NCBI GenBank assembly: GCA_026936335.1
Contig: JAPMXV010000036.1
Span: 186,001-250,000 of the forward strand
Direction of reading: 5' to 3'
Origin: Mantamonas sphyraenae STR306
Taxonomy: Eukaryota; Protista; CRuMs
Length of the DNA: 64,000 nt
Shown here: in pieces, positions 36,257 through 47,400 of the stretch
How the letters are laid out: the number at the start of each line of letters is the position of its first letter
Position numbering within the stretch: position 1 is the stretch's first letter
The notes under the pieces: generated by a model
What the model saw: the letters and a program-made list of their open reading frames with translations, nothing else
Databases searched by the model: none
Told to the model about the DNA's origin: nothing
Translations under genes and position numbers: made by a program

Positions 36257-38167
36257 TCACCAGGATGAGTCGCTGTGCGAGGATCCCGATCGTCGAAGAT
36301 CGCCTGGACGTGGGCGCAAGTCATCCAGATCCAACACCGTTCGCTCAATGGCAGGCACAGCCTTCTCAGGCGTGGCTTCCTTGGTCCATCCAACGAGTTC
36401 GACGCCGGGTCGTGTCGTGGCAAAGTGTTCAAAGTCTTCGTCGGGAATGGCGACGTGGTACACAACGAGCTGCTCCAGCGCTGGGCACCCCAGGTACAAG
36501 TACTGGAATGCCTCGACATCCAGAGCCTTGTTGCAAGTGAGGTCCAAGCGGCGGAGGTTGTGCATGGCTGCGATGGGTTTGAAGAGGGCAATGGCAGGGG
36601 AGGTGTTGTGTCGCGCGGCCAATTCGCGTTCCAACGCACCTGGGGCGTCAATTTGCATGAGTTGCAACTCTTGCAATTGGCCTGCCACAGGGCCATGGTG
36701 GAGTCTGCGCAGGGAAAAGGCATCCACAGCCGTGTTGTTCAAGGAGAGGCTGATCAGCGCGTCGCCGTGGTCGGCCACAGCCATCAAGCTGCTGCGCACG
36801 TCGTTGACATCAGACATGCCATCCAGAGCCAAGTGAGCCAATCCACCGGCGTGTAACAACACACTCGACACACCCTCGGCTGTGATGCCGTGACACTCGG
36901 CCAACGAGAGCCATTTCAGGGTTCGCAGCGCCGATTTGGACGACTGACGCAATCCCGCGTCGGTGACGTGTGTGCGTGTCAGGTCCAGGTGAGTGATGGC
37001 ACGTGAATTGTCTCCCAGAGCAAGCAGCACGCGGTCATCCGCACCGGTGTCGGTCAAGTCCAGATGGGTCAAGTGGGGGCTCAGAAGCACCAACGTGCAC
37101 ACCCCGACGGGACTCATGTCCTCGCAGCGACGCAACACAAGTCGTTGCAACGGGGAATCCACAGCAGGCACCGCAAGGTACTCCACACCGTGGTGCACCG
37201 CCGTCCCCTGAGTGGCCGCTCGAGACAAAAACGCGTGCACGTCTTGCCTGTGTCGCCTGTACAATTCCCGCTCGGCTGTTTGTGCACCGCTGCCCGCATG
37301 ACTGGCCACACTTTCCAACACACTCATGTCCAGGTCCTGGTGCAGCACACTGCCCAGCGGATCGTCCGACTCCAACAATGCGTCTTCATCGCGTGTCAGG
37401 AACCGTTCCGAGTACTCACGCATCATCTTTTGCATGTGAGCCTCCTCTCGAAGCGCTTCCTCGTCCAAATCCTCCCTGGCATACTCCTCTCCCAATGAAT
37501 GAGAGTACTTCAGCAACAGTCTGGGCGACGTGAGGCCCGTCAGCGTGGTACTGCGTTCCTCCTCTTGAATCTCCTCCTCAGTGTCCACAGTCAGTGTCCT
37601 AGCTTCGTGTGCCACCTCCAGGGCCGCCGCAAAGTTGCGCACAAATTCGTCGCTGGCTGGCGTGCCGCTGAGATCCAGCTCCTGCACAAAGCCCGCCCGC
37701 AGGGTCAACAGCCTGCCCAATTCGTCCACATCCACCGTCAGTATGTGTGTGCGGTACATCCAGCCCACATCCAGCTTCCTCCACAGCTCTGCCTTGTACA
37801 CGGCGTCGAAACACAGCGTGCTCACTCGCGCCAACGCCGTTCGCTCCAAAACGTTCAGGAATCCGGCCACACGGCACACGTCGTCGACCCCGAGGTCGGC
37901 AAATGTGCACGGCGACACGTACACGTCCTCCTTCCGTGCCTCTTCCACCTGTGGGCCTGTCCCACCACTGTCTGCTTCTTCTCCTTCTTGCCATCGTTGC
38001 GCTTCTTCGTCGTCGGCCGCCTGCATAGCTGCCGCCAACGCGTCGCCCGTGCCACCCCGCTTGTGCTTGGCCATCAGCGTCTGTTTGAGCTTGAAGATGC
38101 GTCTGTATTTCCTAGCAAAGGCCACCAGATCTTCTGGAACCGGCCCTTCATTGTGATTCTGACTCAT
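36257..38167 (-). CDS. F-box / leucine-rich-repeat (FBXL-type) protein
   Basis: F-box TFADLGVDDVCRVAGFLNVLERTALARVSTLCFDAVYKAELWRKLD, followed by Cys-containing LRRs (LTHLDLTDT, LKWLSLAECHGITAEG, LRRLDLTCNKALD). Start at 38167 or 38074. Confidence 0.8.
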   Translation of the reverse strand: MSQNHNEGPVPEDLVAFARKYRRIFKLKQTLMAKHKRGGTGDALAAAMQAADDEEAQRWQEGEEADSGGTGPQVEEARKEDVYVSPCTFADLGVDDVCRVAGFLNVLERTALARVSTLCFDAVYKAELWRKLDVGWMYRTHILTVDVDELGRLLTLRAGFVQELDLSGTPASDEFVRNFAAALEVAHEARTLTVDTEEEIQEEERSTTLTGLTSPRLLLKYSHSLGEEYAREDLDEEALREEAHMQKMMREYSERFLTRDEDALLESDDPLGSVLHQDLDMSVLESVASHAGSGAQTAERELYRRHRQDVHAFLSRAATQGTAVHHGVEYLAVPAVDSPLQRLVLRRCEDMSPVGVCTLVLLSPHLTHLDLTDTGADDRVLLALGDNSRAITHLDLTRTHVTDAGLRQSSKSALRTLKWLSLAECHGITAEGVSSVLLHAGGLAHLALDGMSDVNDVRSSLMAVADHGDALISLSLNNTAVDAFSLRRLHHGPVAGQLQELQLMQIDAPGALERELAARHNTSPAIALFKPIAAMHNLRRLDLTCNKALDVEAFQYLYLGCPALEQLVVYHVAIPDEDFEHFATTRPGVELVGWTKEATPEKAVPAIERTVLDLDDLRPRPGDLRRSGSSHSDSSW

Positions 38168-41100
38168 TGTGGTCGTTCGTCGTCGTCGTCGTCGTCGTCG
38201 TCCTCCAGCGACTCTGCACTTTCTTCTTCGCTGCTGCTTGCACTGCTGGACGTCCCACTTGTGCTGCTCCCACTGCTGCTGGAACCGCTGGTGCTGCTTC
38301 CACTGGTACGCGTGGTGGTGCTGCTTGTTGTCGTCCCAGCCGCCTGTTGGCTGAGATCGCGTGGCACCAAACCCACGTTCACGGTGCGGTTGCCGTACAA
38401 AATGCAGCCACGTCGTTCGCTGTCCACATTCAGCAGCGAGCTCACAGTCTGGTGGAAGTTGTCGATGCTGTCCATGTCGGCCAGCGCCACCAGGTTGCAC
38501 TTGAGGTACGCCAGCAGCAGCGACTGCGCAGTTGGCAGCATGGCAAGCGTCTGCGGCGGCGGGAAAGGTTGTCGGATGAAAATGGTGTGTTGAGCCTCGG
38601 CGTTGCTGGCCTCCGGGGCGTGCTCCATGAACATCGGCACCAAGGAGAGCTTGCGGCCCACGATCCATGTGTGGCACCGCCTGGGACGCACAAGCGTGTT
38701 GACAGCCTCTGCAATATCCTTGTTCTGCTCAAAGAAACACACCCATTGTGTGTCGAAGCTCGTCATGTCCAGGTCAAGGAGGTTGTCCGTAAACAGGGGT
38801 CGCAGCACATCGCGATCAAACCCGCTCGCATGCTCCGTCACGTAGCTGTCGATATACACGGGCAGACAGCCCACCTGGTCCATCATCGCGTTGCTGAATG
38901 CGCCAAACGTCTTGTCCAGCAGTGACTCGTGGTCATCCACAACCACACGTCCCACAAGCAGCACGTCGGCTTCCGTGCGGTATGGCTTCACCAGCACGCA
39001 CTCGCTGGCGTCCTCGTCCAGCTCAAATGTCCACACGCCATCCCTGTGCGTGCATTTGACCGGCAGCTGATTGCACACCACAATCAGACGCATGCGTGCG
39101 TCGATCGACGAGAGCAAACGGCTGTGCACAGACTTGCCGTGCAGCTGTGACCTGTGTGACCCTGGCGACGCCTCCTCCACGTCCATGCTCTGCTTGCTGG
39201 TGGACACCGTCACGGCCGTGCTCCTCGTAGTGCGCACGGGCTCGCCATCCAGTCCCATCCCTTCCTCGACATTATTCGTGCTGCTGCTTGCTTTGCTGTG
39301 CGATGTGCCCACGTGCAAGTTGCCGTTGCTGGGCGACCTCTGCTCCGTGTTTCCCTGTTCCTGCGTGCTTGCTTGCCGGTGCTCACTCTCCTCCAACTGT
39401 AGCCTGAGCCTGCGCTGCAGATCTGCGATCTGCGCCATCATCGCCTCCTTGGCATATGTGTCCTTGATGAATCCAATAAACATGCGTTCCCCATTGACGT
39501 CGATTTCCGTGACGTGCAGCTCGATGTGGAACAGATCGCCGTTCTTGCGTTTGGCAACTAGCCTGCGCGTGCGCCCAATCACACGTCGCTTCGCTCGTTC
39601 GCTGTCGTGCGACAGGTAATGGGCCACAAACCGCTGGTGCATGGCCGCCAGACTGTCTTCCATCAGCACCGCAATTGGTTGCCCGATCACCTCGTCCACG
39701 TCGTACCCAAACATCTCGCCGGCATTCGAGTTGAACGCCTGGATTGTCCCTCGCGTTGTCATGACAATCACTGCATCCGGTGACGTGTCCATCACCTCAT
39801 CCAGCGTCGATGTGGCCACCGACGATGATGTGGATGTCACTGAAGCCTGCGACGGTGACCCTCCACGCGAGTTTGACGAGTACCCCCTACCGCTGTCCGG
39901 TTCCACACGCGCACGCTTGCTGTGGTGACCCTGCTGTTCCTCATCCTCATTCTCCAAATGACCATCGATAATGTCCCCGTCGATGTCGTCTGTCCCCTGC
40001 CGCTGTCGCTTGCGTCCATGCGTCTCGTCGCCTTCACCTCCCGCCGAGGTTGCGTTTTGTACACCCGTGGAGCCTCTGCGAGCTCGCCCTCCAATCTTTG
40101 CCTTTCCACCACTGCTGCTGCTGCTACTGCTGCTGCTTGTCGCCTGGCTGCGCAGTTTCCGTGGGGTTTGGTAGCGGTACGTGGTGTCGTGGATGACGCC
40201 AATGAAGAAGCGAGTGTCCACAGACTTGAACTCTTCCACCACCAGTTCCATGTAGAACTTTTGGCCATCGCGTCGTTTGGCCATCAGGGTGCGCGACTTG
40301 CCAATGACTCTGCGTGTTGCTGTTTCGCCCGAACGCAGGTAGCGGTTGACGTAGCCCACATGTTTGCCCGCCAAATGGTCGTCCATGAGCACTTCCACGC
40401 GTTTGCCCACAATCTCTTCTGCCGTCCAGCCAAACAGCTTCTGGGCGGCGGCATTGAAGGCCCGGATCACCGACGTGGCATCCATGATGACCGATGCACT
40501 TTCGCTGTCGTTGCACATGGTGCGCAGCTTTTGGAGCACGACGTCGTCGTTGAGCTCCTCAAGTGAGCTGTGGTGATCCGTGCTGGTGTCGGAGTCGCTG
40601 TACTGGCGCAGTTCACGTGTCAGGTTGACGATGGCGTTGTCGTGTGGCGAGTCGGACATAAACGAGAGGGACACTCCCGTGTTCTGGCTGTCGGTGGACA
40701 GTGGTGGACCACTGGACGGAGAGTCGGGACGCGACGTTGAGCTGCTGGAGCGCGTTGATCGGTCACTTCTGTGGGCTCTCGACCCCAGCTTGGCTTTCAA
40801 CCGAGCGATTTCCTGCGATTGGGCTTCCACGAGCTGCGCCATGGTGTCGATGCGCGACTTGTCCTGGATTACTCTGTGTGTGGGTGTGCGGTGAGTGTGT
40901 GCACGGGCGGTATTGTGGGAGGCGGACACGGAAAGAAGGTCGGCTTGAGTTTTCCACCGAATCCCGCCAAGACGTATTTTCCCTCCGGCGACCGCTGGCA
41001 CCCATGAAGCAACAAGGCGTGCGTGGTATTCACCTACCCGAGATACTGGTGAATTGGCTCTCCATCTGCATCCTGCATAACCGTCTCGCTGACATGCTGC

Positions 41101-41635
41101 AGTGCGGGAGGCATTTGGGGAGCGAGTGAGCGCGGAGCTGGTGAGCATGATCGATGTCTTTCCCCAGATCCGCATCCTTTTTGCCGCTCTTCACGTGCAG
41201 GCCATGTTTTGCACTTACCAGAGACATGCGGAATACCTGGCCGTCCTTGCGCAGGCCGTTGAGCAGACGCGTGCGACCAATGACCTGCAATCACGTGTGT
41301 CAGCGGGCAAAAGAAAGAAAAAGCACAAGGACGCGCAGTCCGCCCGATGTTGCGACGCATCGGCGATTGCCTCCCGATGCGTCTCTCCCACTTACCCGTT
41401 TCGATGCATACTTGCCGCTCTCGACAAAGCGTCGCAGGTACTCGTCGTGGTGTTTGGCGTCGGGCTGGGGCATGAGAAGGGAGATGCTCTGGCCAATGAC
41501 TTCGCTCGCCTTCCAGCCGAAAATGGCCTCGGCAGCCGGGTTGAAATGCGTGATGCGGCCATTGTCACGGATGACCACCAACGCTTCGTTGCTTAGCTCC
41601 ATCAGCGTGGTTGCAAACGTGTCCGTGCCTTCCAT
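38164..41635 (-). CDS. Triple FixL-type (heme) PAS sensor fused to a degenerate trehalose-6-phosphate synthase (GT20) N-terminal domain
   Basis: Exons 41635-41396, 41284-41219, 41096-41038 and 40873-38164 join in frame. Three PAS repeats follow FN.AA..FG....VIG....LM......H..Y..R..VIG..R....R(K/R)DG..F..L.V.E. GT20-like motifs: RLIVVCNQLPV, TWI, IFIRQPFP..LP, NRTVNVGLVP. Confidence 0.82.
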
Positions 41636-41760
41636 GGCTGCGCGCGCGTTGGTATTTCAGTGTGTGTCAGGTCGCATCTGGGTGGGAATTGTGCATGTGA
41701 GTGGTGGGTTGGGTTTTGGGGTGTGGGGGAGGGAATGACACGAGGAAACACGTGTGCGTT

Positions 41761-42900
41761 TTAATCGGAGGTGCAGGCAAAGCAGCACATGAGGCAGACG
41801 GCGACGACGGTCAAGATGAACAGGGGCACAAAGACCAGGGTCCACGGGATGACCACGAGGGAGGTCAGCTTGAATACAAGCAGCAGCTCGAATATCATGA
41901 TTGGCAGCACACCGAAGCAAAACACAAAGGCAAGAAAGGCGGCGCTCTCACGGTCGTTGGAGGAGTCGGAGGCGGAGAAACCGAGTTGGGTGGCGGAGAA
42001 GCAGGTGCAGCAGGCCACCACGTGGACAAAGAGCATGGGCAGACCCACCCAGAGCCAGCCCTGGTCGGATTCCAGTACAGTCAGACCCCATTCCAGCTTG
42101 GCCACAAGCAGCACGGAGGACATGACCAAACCCACCCACAGATTGCGCGGCACCACGTTGAGGAACGTGATGTGTGCGCTCTTGTAGTCCTGCGAGGCCA
42201 TGCAAGGTGGACGGGTGCGGGATGGCAGAATGGCGGTGCGAGTGGCCAGAGGGTCACATCGGTGTGTGAGAGTGTGACAGAGTGAGCAGGTGCGAAATGT
42301 GTGTTTGAAAATGTGCGTGCGCGCTGTGAAGGGGCCGTGTGTTGGGGTTGGGGTTGGGACGTACGAGGGAGAATTGGTGTTGGGCTGTGTTGGGAAAGTC
42401 GAGGTCGACGGGGAGGAGCATGCACATGGCGAACCAGAACCAGGCCATGACAAAGGTGAGGGAGAGAGAGGTGCTGGAGGCTGGAGCGGCCTCTCGCTGA
42501 TCGAGATAAATAGAGAGGAGGACGGTGAAGGTGAGGTTGAAGAGGCCCGAAATGGCGAGCCAACAGCTTGAAGCAAACGACGGTTCCCTTTCTGGGCGAT
42601 TGGTGAGCCGACCCAGTCCCTGGGTGAGCTCTGTGGCACAGAGAGCCGGCAGGGCAAGCACCAGGGCCAGAAAGACGGTAATGTACACGGGAACCATGAC
42701 CAAGACCCAAGGTGCGTCCAGGGTGCCCTCCAGCTTGACCGCAATGAGCGGGCAAATGACAGTGGCAGAGACCTGTGCCGGGAGAAGGTTGGGGAGAATG
42801 AATGTGTGTGTGTGAGAGGCGAAGGTTGATGCCGTTTCGACAAAAGATAGGGACGTACTGCCAGTGAACAACAGGTGCACACCTGGGCCACCGATCGCAT
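41761..42900 (-). CDS. TMEM185/TMEM203-like multi-pass membrane protein
   Basis: Introns 42882-42773 and 42364-42190. Repeated LIAVKLEG..PWVLVMVP, LLVAKLE..WLWVGLP and LLLVFKL..PWTLVFVPLF units. Start uncertain (42900, 42987 or further upstream). Confidence 0.7.
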   Translation of the reverse strand: MRSVAQVCTCCSLAVRPYLLSKRHQPSPLTHTHSFSPTFSRHRSLPLSFARSLRSSWRAPWTHLGSWSWFPCTLPSFWPWCLPCRLSVPQSSPRDWVGSPIAQKGNRRLLQAVGSPFRASSTSPSPSSSLFISISERPLQPPAPLSPSPLSWPGSGSPCACSSPSTSTFPTQPNTNSPSYVPTPTPTHGPFTARTHIFKHTFRTCSLCHTLTHRCDPLATRTAILPSRTRPPCMASQDYKSAHITFLNVVPRNLWVGLVMSSVLLVAKLEWGLTVLESDQGWLWVGLPMLFVHVVACCTCFSATQLGFSASDSSNDRESAAFLAFVFCFGVLPIMIFELLLVFKLTSLVVIPWTLVFVPLFILTVVAVCLMCCFACTSD

Positions 42901-43030
42901 GTGGACAGAGGACCAATATGGGGCGGGGTGGCCGTGGTGCGAGGTTGAGTGTGGATGCGCTGGCGCGCCAAACCGAAGCGAGAGCATGAGCAGCAGCGCC
43001 GCAGGTGGGGCCCAAGACCTTGCGGCAGCC

Positions 43031-46000
43031 ATGCTGTCCGACCTCAACCGAGCCATCCAAAACTGTTTGCTCCGCAGCTCGGATTACAACGCAGACGCAG
43101 AAGCACAGCGGCTGGTGTTGACGGAGGAGCACCAGGAGGCGCTAGTGCTAACTGCAGCGATCGAAGCGATCCTGACAAACGGGATGAAAGGTGGGCTTGT
43201 GTGCGATGACGATGACGACCGCATACCAGGGAAGAGGACACTCACACAGGGGAGGCGCAATGTCGGGTGTGGCAACACATGCCGGGCTGGGTTGGTGCAC
43301 ACACTCGTTGCACAGTCAAGTTCCTGGGCTTCTCGTGGAGCGCGCCCTCGAGCCTCTCGGTTGAGGTGGTGCCCATGTGGGACTGGTGGTGGGTTGTTGC
43401 ACAGCGTGGCAAACGCAGCAAGAAGAGAGCCCGAAGCAGGGCTGGATTGCAGACATTGTCACTGACACGCACGTGTGGATGTTGGGGTGGCCGCAGCAAA
43501 AACATCAGCGATTGTCTGCCGAGCGGGCCCAAAATGGTGGCGTGGCTGGAGAGCCTACAGCGAGTGGACAGCGACGTGGGGCGTGGGAGGGCATTTCTAC
43601 GCATGGCCTTGAACGAACACAGCGTGGCGGAATACGTTCAGGCGTTGTTGTGGAATGCAGACGTCACAGAGTAGGTTGGCAAAGCGATGTTCATTGCGCG
43701 TGCACACACCTTGGGGCGGCCTCCCCGCCACAGGGCGACTCACACACACATACACATGCACACACACTCGCAAATCCATACACACTGGACGTGTGTGCAG
43801 AGAGTTCTTTGAAGAGACGGCACTGGTGCGTGATGCGGAGCAGATGCCCATGTTCACGATGCTGTTGGACGGCATCCGAACGATCGACTTTGCACTGAAT
43901 TGCGAAGACGAACGACTGAACACGCCGAGTTTCCTGCGACTGAAACCGGGCTCGGTGCAACTGGTGATGCCCAAAGTGACGCCAGCGCGTGCAGAGAAGC
44001 AGAGCAAGGCGAAGGAGCTCGCGGCGGAGGAGGACAGCCGAGACGAGTATCTGGCAGGGCTGCTGACGAGTTTGAAGGATGCCATCCAGGGAGTGGTTGT
44101 GCATGCATCGGCACAGGGCAGCAAAGTGAGCACAGGGGACGTGTGTGTTCACCGGCTGGTGAGTCGCGTCGTAGCTGTGTTGCAGGCGGGTGCCTGTGAC
44201 GTTGTGGCACGCATGCTGGCAGGCGAGTTTGAACGGCCGGACGAAGAGGTGCACTGCTGGGAATGGCTGTCGCGCGTAGACGCATGCACGTCTGTGGACA
44301 GGGGCATTGTGGCACGCGTGGAGGCGTTGAAGAACGCACGCACGGCAGACGGAAAGGCTCGTGCCTGGGTGGCGTTGTCGCTGCATGAAGACAGGTTGCA
44401 GGAACACGTGCGTGCCCTCTTGGACAATACTGAACTGACCACGGCATTCTACACGCCCGAAGAGAGCGTGGTGATGCACCAGGAGCGGGCGATGATCTTT
44501 CTGTCGCTGCTACAGGGCCTGGAGGCCATCGAATTTGCCCTGCGTGTGGACAAAATGGTATTGGATGGGGTGGAAGACATGGGCGAACTGGAAGCCAGTC
44601 GTGCGTCGGCACGCAACGTGGAAGCAGGGCAGCGTGCAGAGGCGGCCAAGGTAGCGGCCATCCAGCAGCAGTTGGATGATATCGGCCGCCCTGCGGCGTC
44701 GGAAGTGGTGGCACAGGAGGAAACCCCCAAAATGGTGCAAGTGGAGAAGGGGGCGCCTGTGGTGCCGTGGAACGAGTTGCATCGGTTGGGCAAAGGCAAA
44801 CGAGGACAAAAGAAGCGGAACCGGAAGAAGAAGCTGGTGGCCACCATAGAGGAGGGCGATGATACGACACAATCGACAGGCGTGGATGCTTTGGGCTCCG
44901 TGGCAGCTCCCATTGGGGCGGGGCGGGGCGAAGAGACGGGGTACCGACGTGTGCCGATTGGAAACGACAGTGAGGCGCTAGCGGCACTCACTCAGGGCGA
45001 CCACAGCTTGTATGAAGTGGAGAAACGCCCCGTGGAGGGTGAACAGACAAAGAGTGGAGCGCTGCCCGAGCTGGAAACGCTGGAGCGGGAACAGATCGAA
45101 CAGATGTACCAGCCGGTGATCAGTACGCCGTTTGGGCCGATCTACCAGCACGAGCATATGGCCACAGAAGACTATGATTTGGACAGTGTGCTTGCCAGCG
45201 TGGTGATTGAAACCAATGTGGAGGAGGATGAAGGTGGAGACGAGGGAGAAGGAGACAAACGCCAGGACGAGCAGGAGGAGGAGGAGGAAGCGGAGGAGCC
45301 ACCCATGATCGATCTTGATAGCATCCTTGGCATGGATGACGGTGATGTGGATGTAGCGAAGGACGGTGCAGGTGTGCAGGATGAACAGGAGCAGGGGCAG
45401 GCGGCACAGGTCCACGATGGCCAGGAGAATGTGCAGGCTGAGAATGCGCTGGAGAAGGAAGAGGATGAGGAGGAAGTGGTGGGTGCGAGTGTCGAGAATG
45501 ACACCGAAGATGAACCTGAAGTCACACCGGTGGAAGAGGCGCAGGAGGAAGCCAAGGAAGGAGGAAACGAAGCGACACCACCTGCACTCGACGCAAGCGA
45601 CATGGGCATGGAGGAGAAGCAAGACGACAAACAAGACAAAGCGATGGAGGAGGAGAGGGACGAAGAAGAGGAACAGATTGAGGAGAGCGTGGAGACAGCA
45701 GAAGGGACAGAGTATGAGGATGTGGACGGGCGTCAGGAAGGACAGCAGGTATTCAAAGGTGAAGAGAAGCAGGCAGAAGTCCAGGTGGCTGAAATGGACG
45801 AGAAACCAGTTGTGGAAGAGCAAGTGAAGGATGGGGAGTCGGAGGCAAAGGGAGGTGAGTCGAGCAGGGCGCCCACGCGACGACAGCCTGTGATCTACGA
45901 CCACGACGACGAAGACGTGCCTGATTGGTTGCGCGAACATACGCAGCAGGAGGCCGATGTGGAGGAGGAGATGGCGACAGAGGACGGGGAGAGCACCCAG

Positions 46001-47347
46001 GACACGGAGGAGGCAGTTGCGGAGGATGTGGTGGAACAGCAACACGAGGCTGAAGAAACACACATGCAAGAGAGGAATGGGCAGGGCGAAGCGCAGCAAC
46101 ACAGTGCAGTTAACGTGGAGGAGGACGGGGACGAAGCGGTGGAGTCGGATGACGAGGCACCGAGCTGGCTGAAGAAGCACCAACGGGAAAAGGCGGGGAG
46201 CCAAACACAGAATCAGGTGGTCAGCGAAACGGAAGGGTGGTCGCATGTGTCCACTCGGGCGGCCAACCTGCCAAAGGCCGGGATGTCGTCGCGCAGTGGA
46301 TCGTTCTACGTGGCGTCGCATTCGTTTGAGGACGACGATGAACAGCCGATTGTACGTGTGTTTGAGCACCCATCGAAAGAACTGGACCTGGAAGCGCTGT
46401 TGGTAGAAGACCACTTCCACGAGAGCACATTCGACAGGGAGATTGTGGACCACGCGTCGCTGCATCTGAAGCGACGACCGAGCGCACGCACACGCACCAC
46501 TACCACAGATTCGGACGGAAGCTCGTCATTGATCTTTGGCAGCATTGATTCGTCGCATGACGAGGACGAAGCAAGGGCAGGAAACGGAGGGTCGTCGTCG
46601 AGCGGCGCGGGCAAGTTGCGTATGCAGCTGCGCTTTGTGCCGTTGAAAAGACCGACACCGAAGGAGCAGGACATGGAGTGTGCGGGTTGTGGCACGCAGC
46701 TGTCGTCGTCCTTCTTCAACCCAGCCCGCTACTGTGAATATTTCTACAAGTACTTCTGCGAGGATTGCCACGGGAACTCGGAAATGGCCGTGCCAGCGCA
46801 GGTGGTACAGAATTGGGACTGCCGTCCCAAGCGTGTGTGTGACCAGGCGGCGGCGTACCTGGAGAGCGTGTACGACGAGCCTGTGATCGACGTGCTCGAC
46901 GCGAACCCGCAGCTCTACCGCAAGGCCAAGCCATTGAAGCAAGCCAGGGACATTCGACGCAAACTGAACATCATCAATGAGTTTATGCTGTCGTGTCCCA
47001 GCGGTCCCATTATGATGGACGTGGTGGAAGACAAACCGTATCTGATGACCAGCGAGCACGAATACTCGCTCAAGGACCTCGTGGAGATCAATCGCGGCAC
47101 CATGCTGGCAAACATGCGAGTGCACCTGAAGAAATTTACGAAACACATTACCAGCGATTGCAGCACGTGCAGCCGCATGGGTCACGCCTGTGAAATGTGC
47201 GGCTCCGACGATCTGCTTTTCCCGTTTCAGGACGATGTGGCTCACTGTCCTGTGTGTCAGTCGCTGCTGCACAGCAAGTGCTTCAAGGCAGGCAAGCTTG
47301 ACTGTCAGATGTGCGAACGCAGGAAACACGGATCGTCGCGCCTGTGA
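43031..47347 (+). CDS. Tandem RUN domains + acidic linker + Rubicon-homology (DUF4206) zinc domain; PLEKHM1/Rubicon-like
   Basis: RUN1 GRGRAFLRMALNEH..FFEETAL..LDGIRTIDFAL; RUN2 GKARAWVALSLHE..FY..LQGLEAIEFAL. RH domain CAGCG..RYCEYFYKYFCEDCH..PAQVVQNWD..HITSDCSTCSRMGHACEMC..LFPF. Introns from 43191 and ~43671. Start at 42986 or 43031. Confidence 0.85.
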
Positions 47348-47400
47348 AATTGAAATTGAACGCTCTTTGCATGGCCAAACACACACCTTTTGTTCTTTGT

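Noticed and set aside
38164-41635. Bacterial contamination or recent HGT of a FixL gene
   Set aside because: The gene has three spliceosomal introns and host-like low-complexity tracts, and lacks a histidine kinase; ancient HGT is not excluded.
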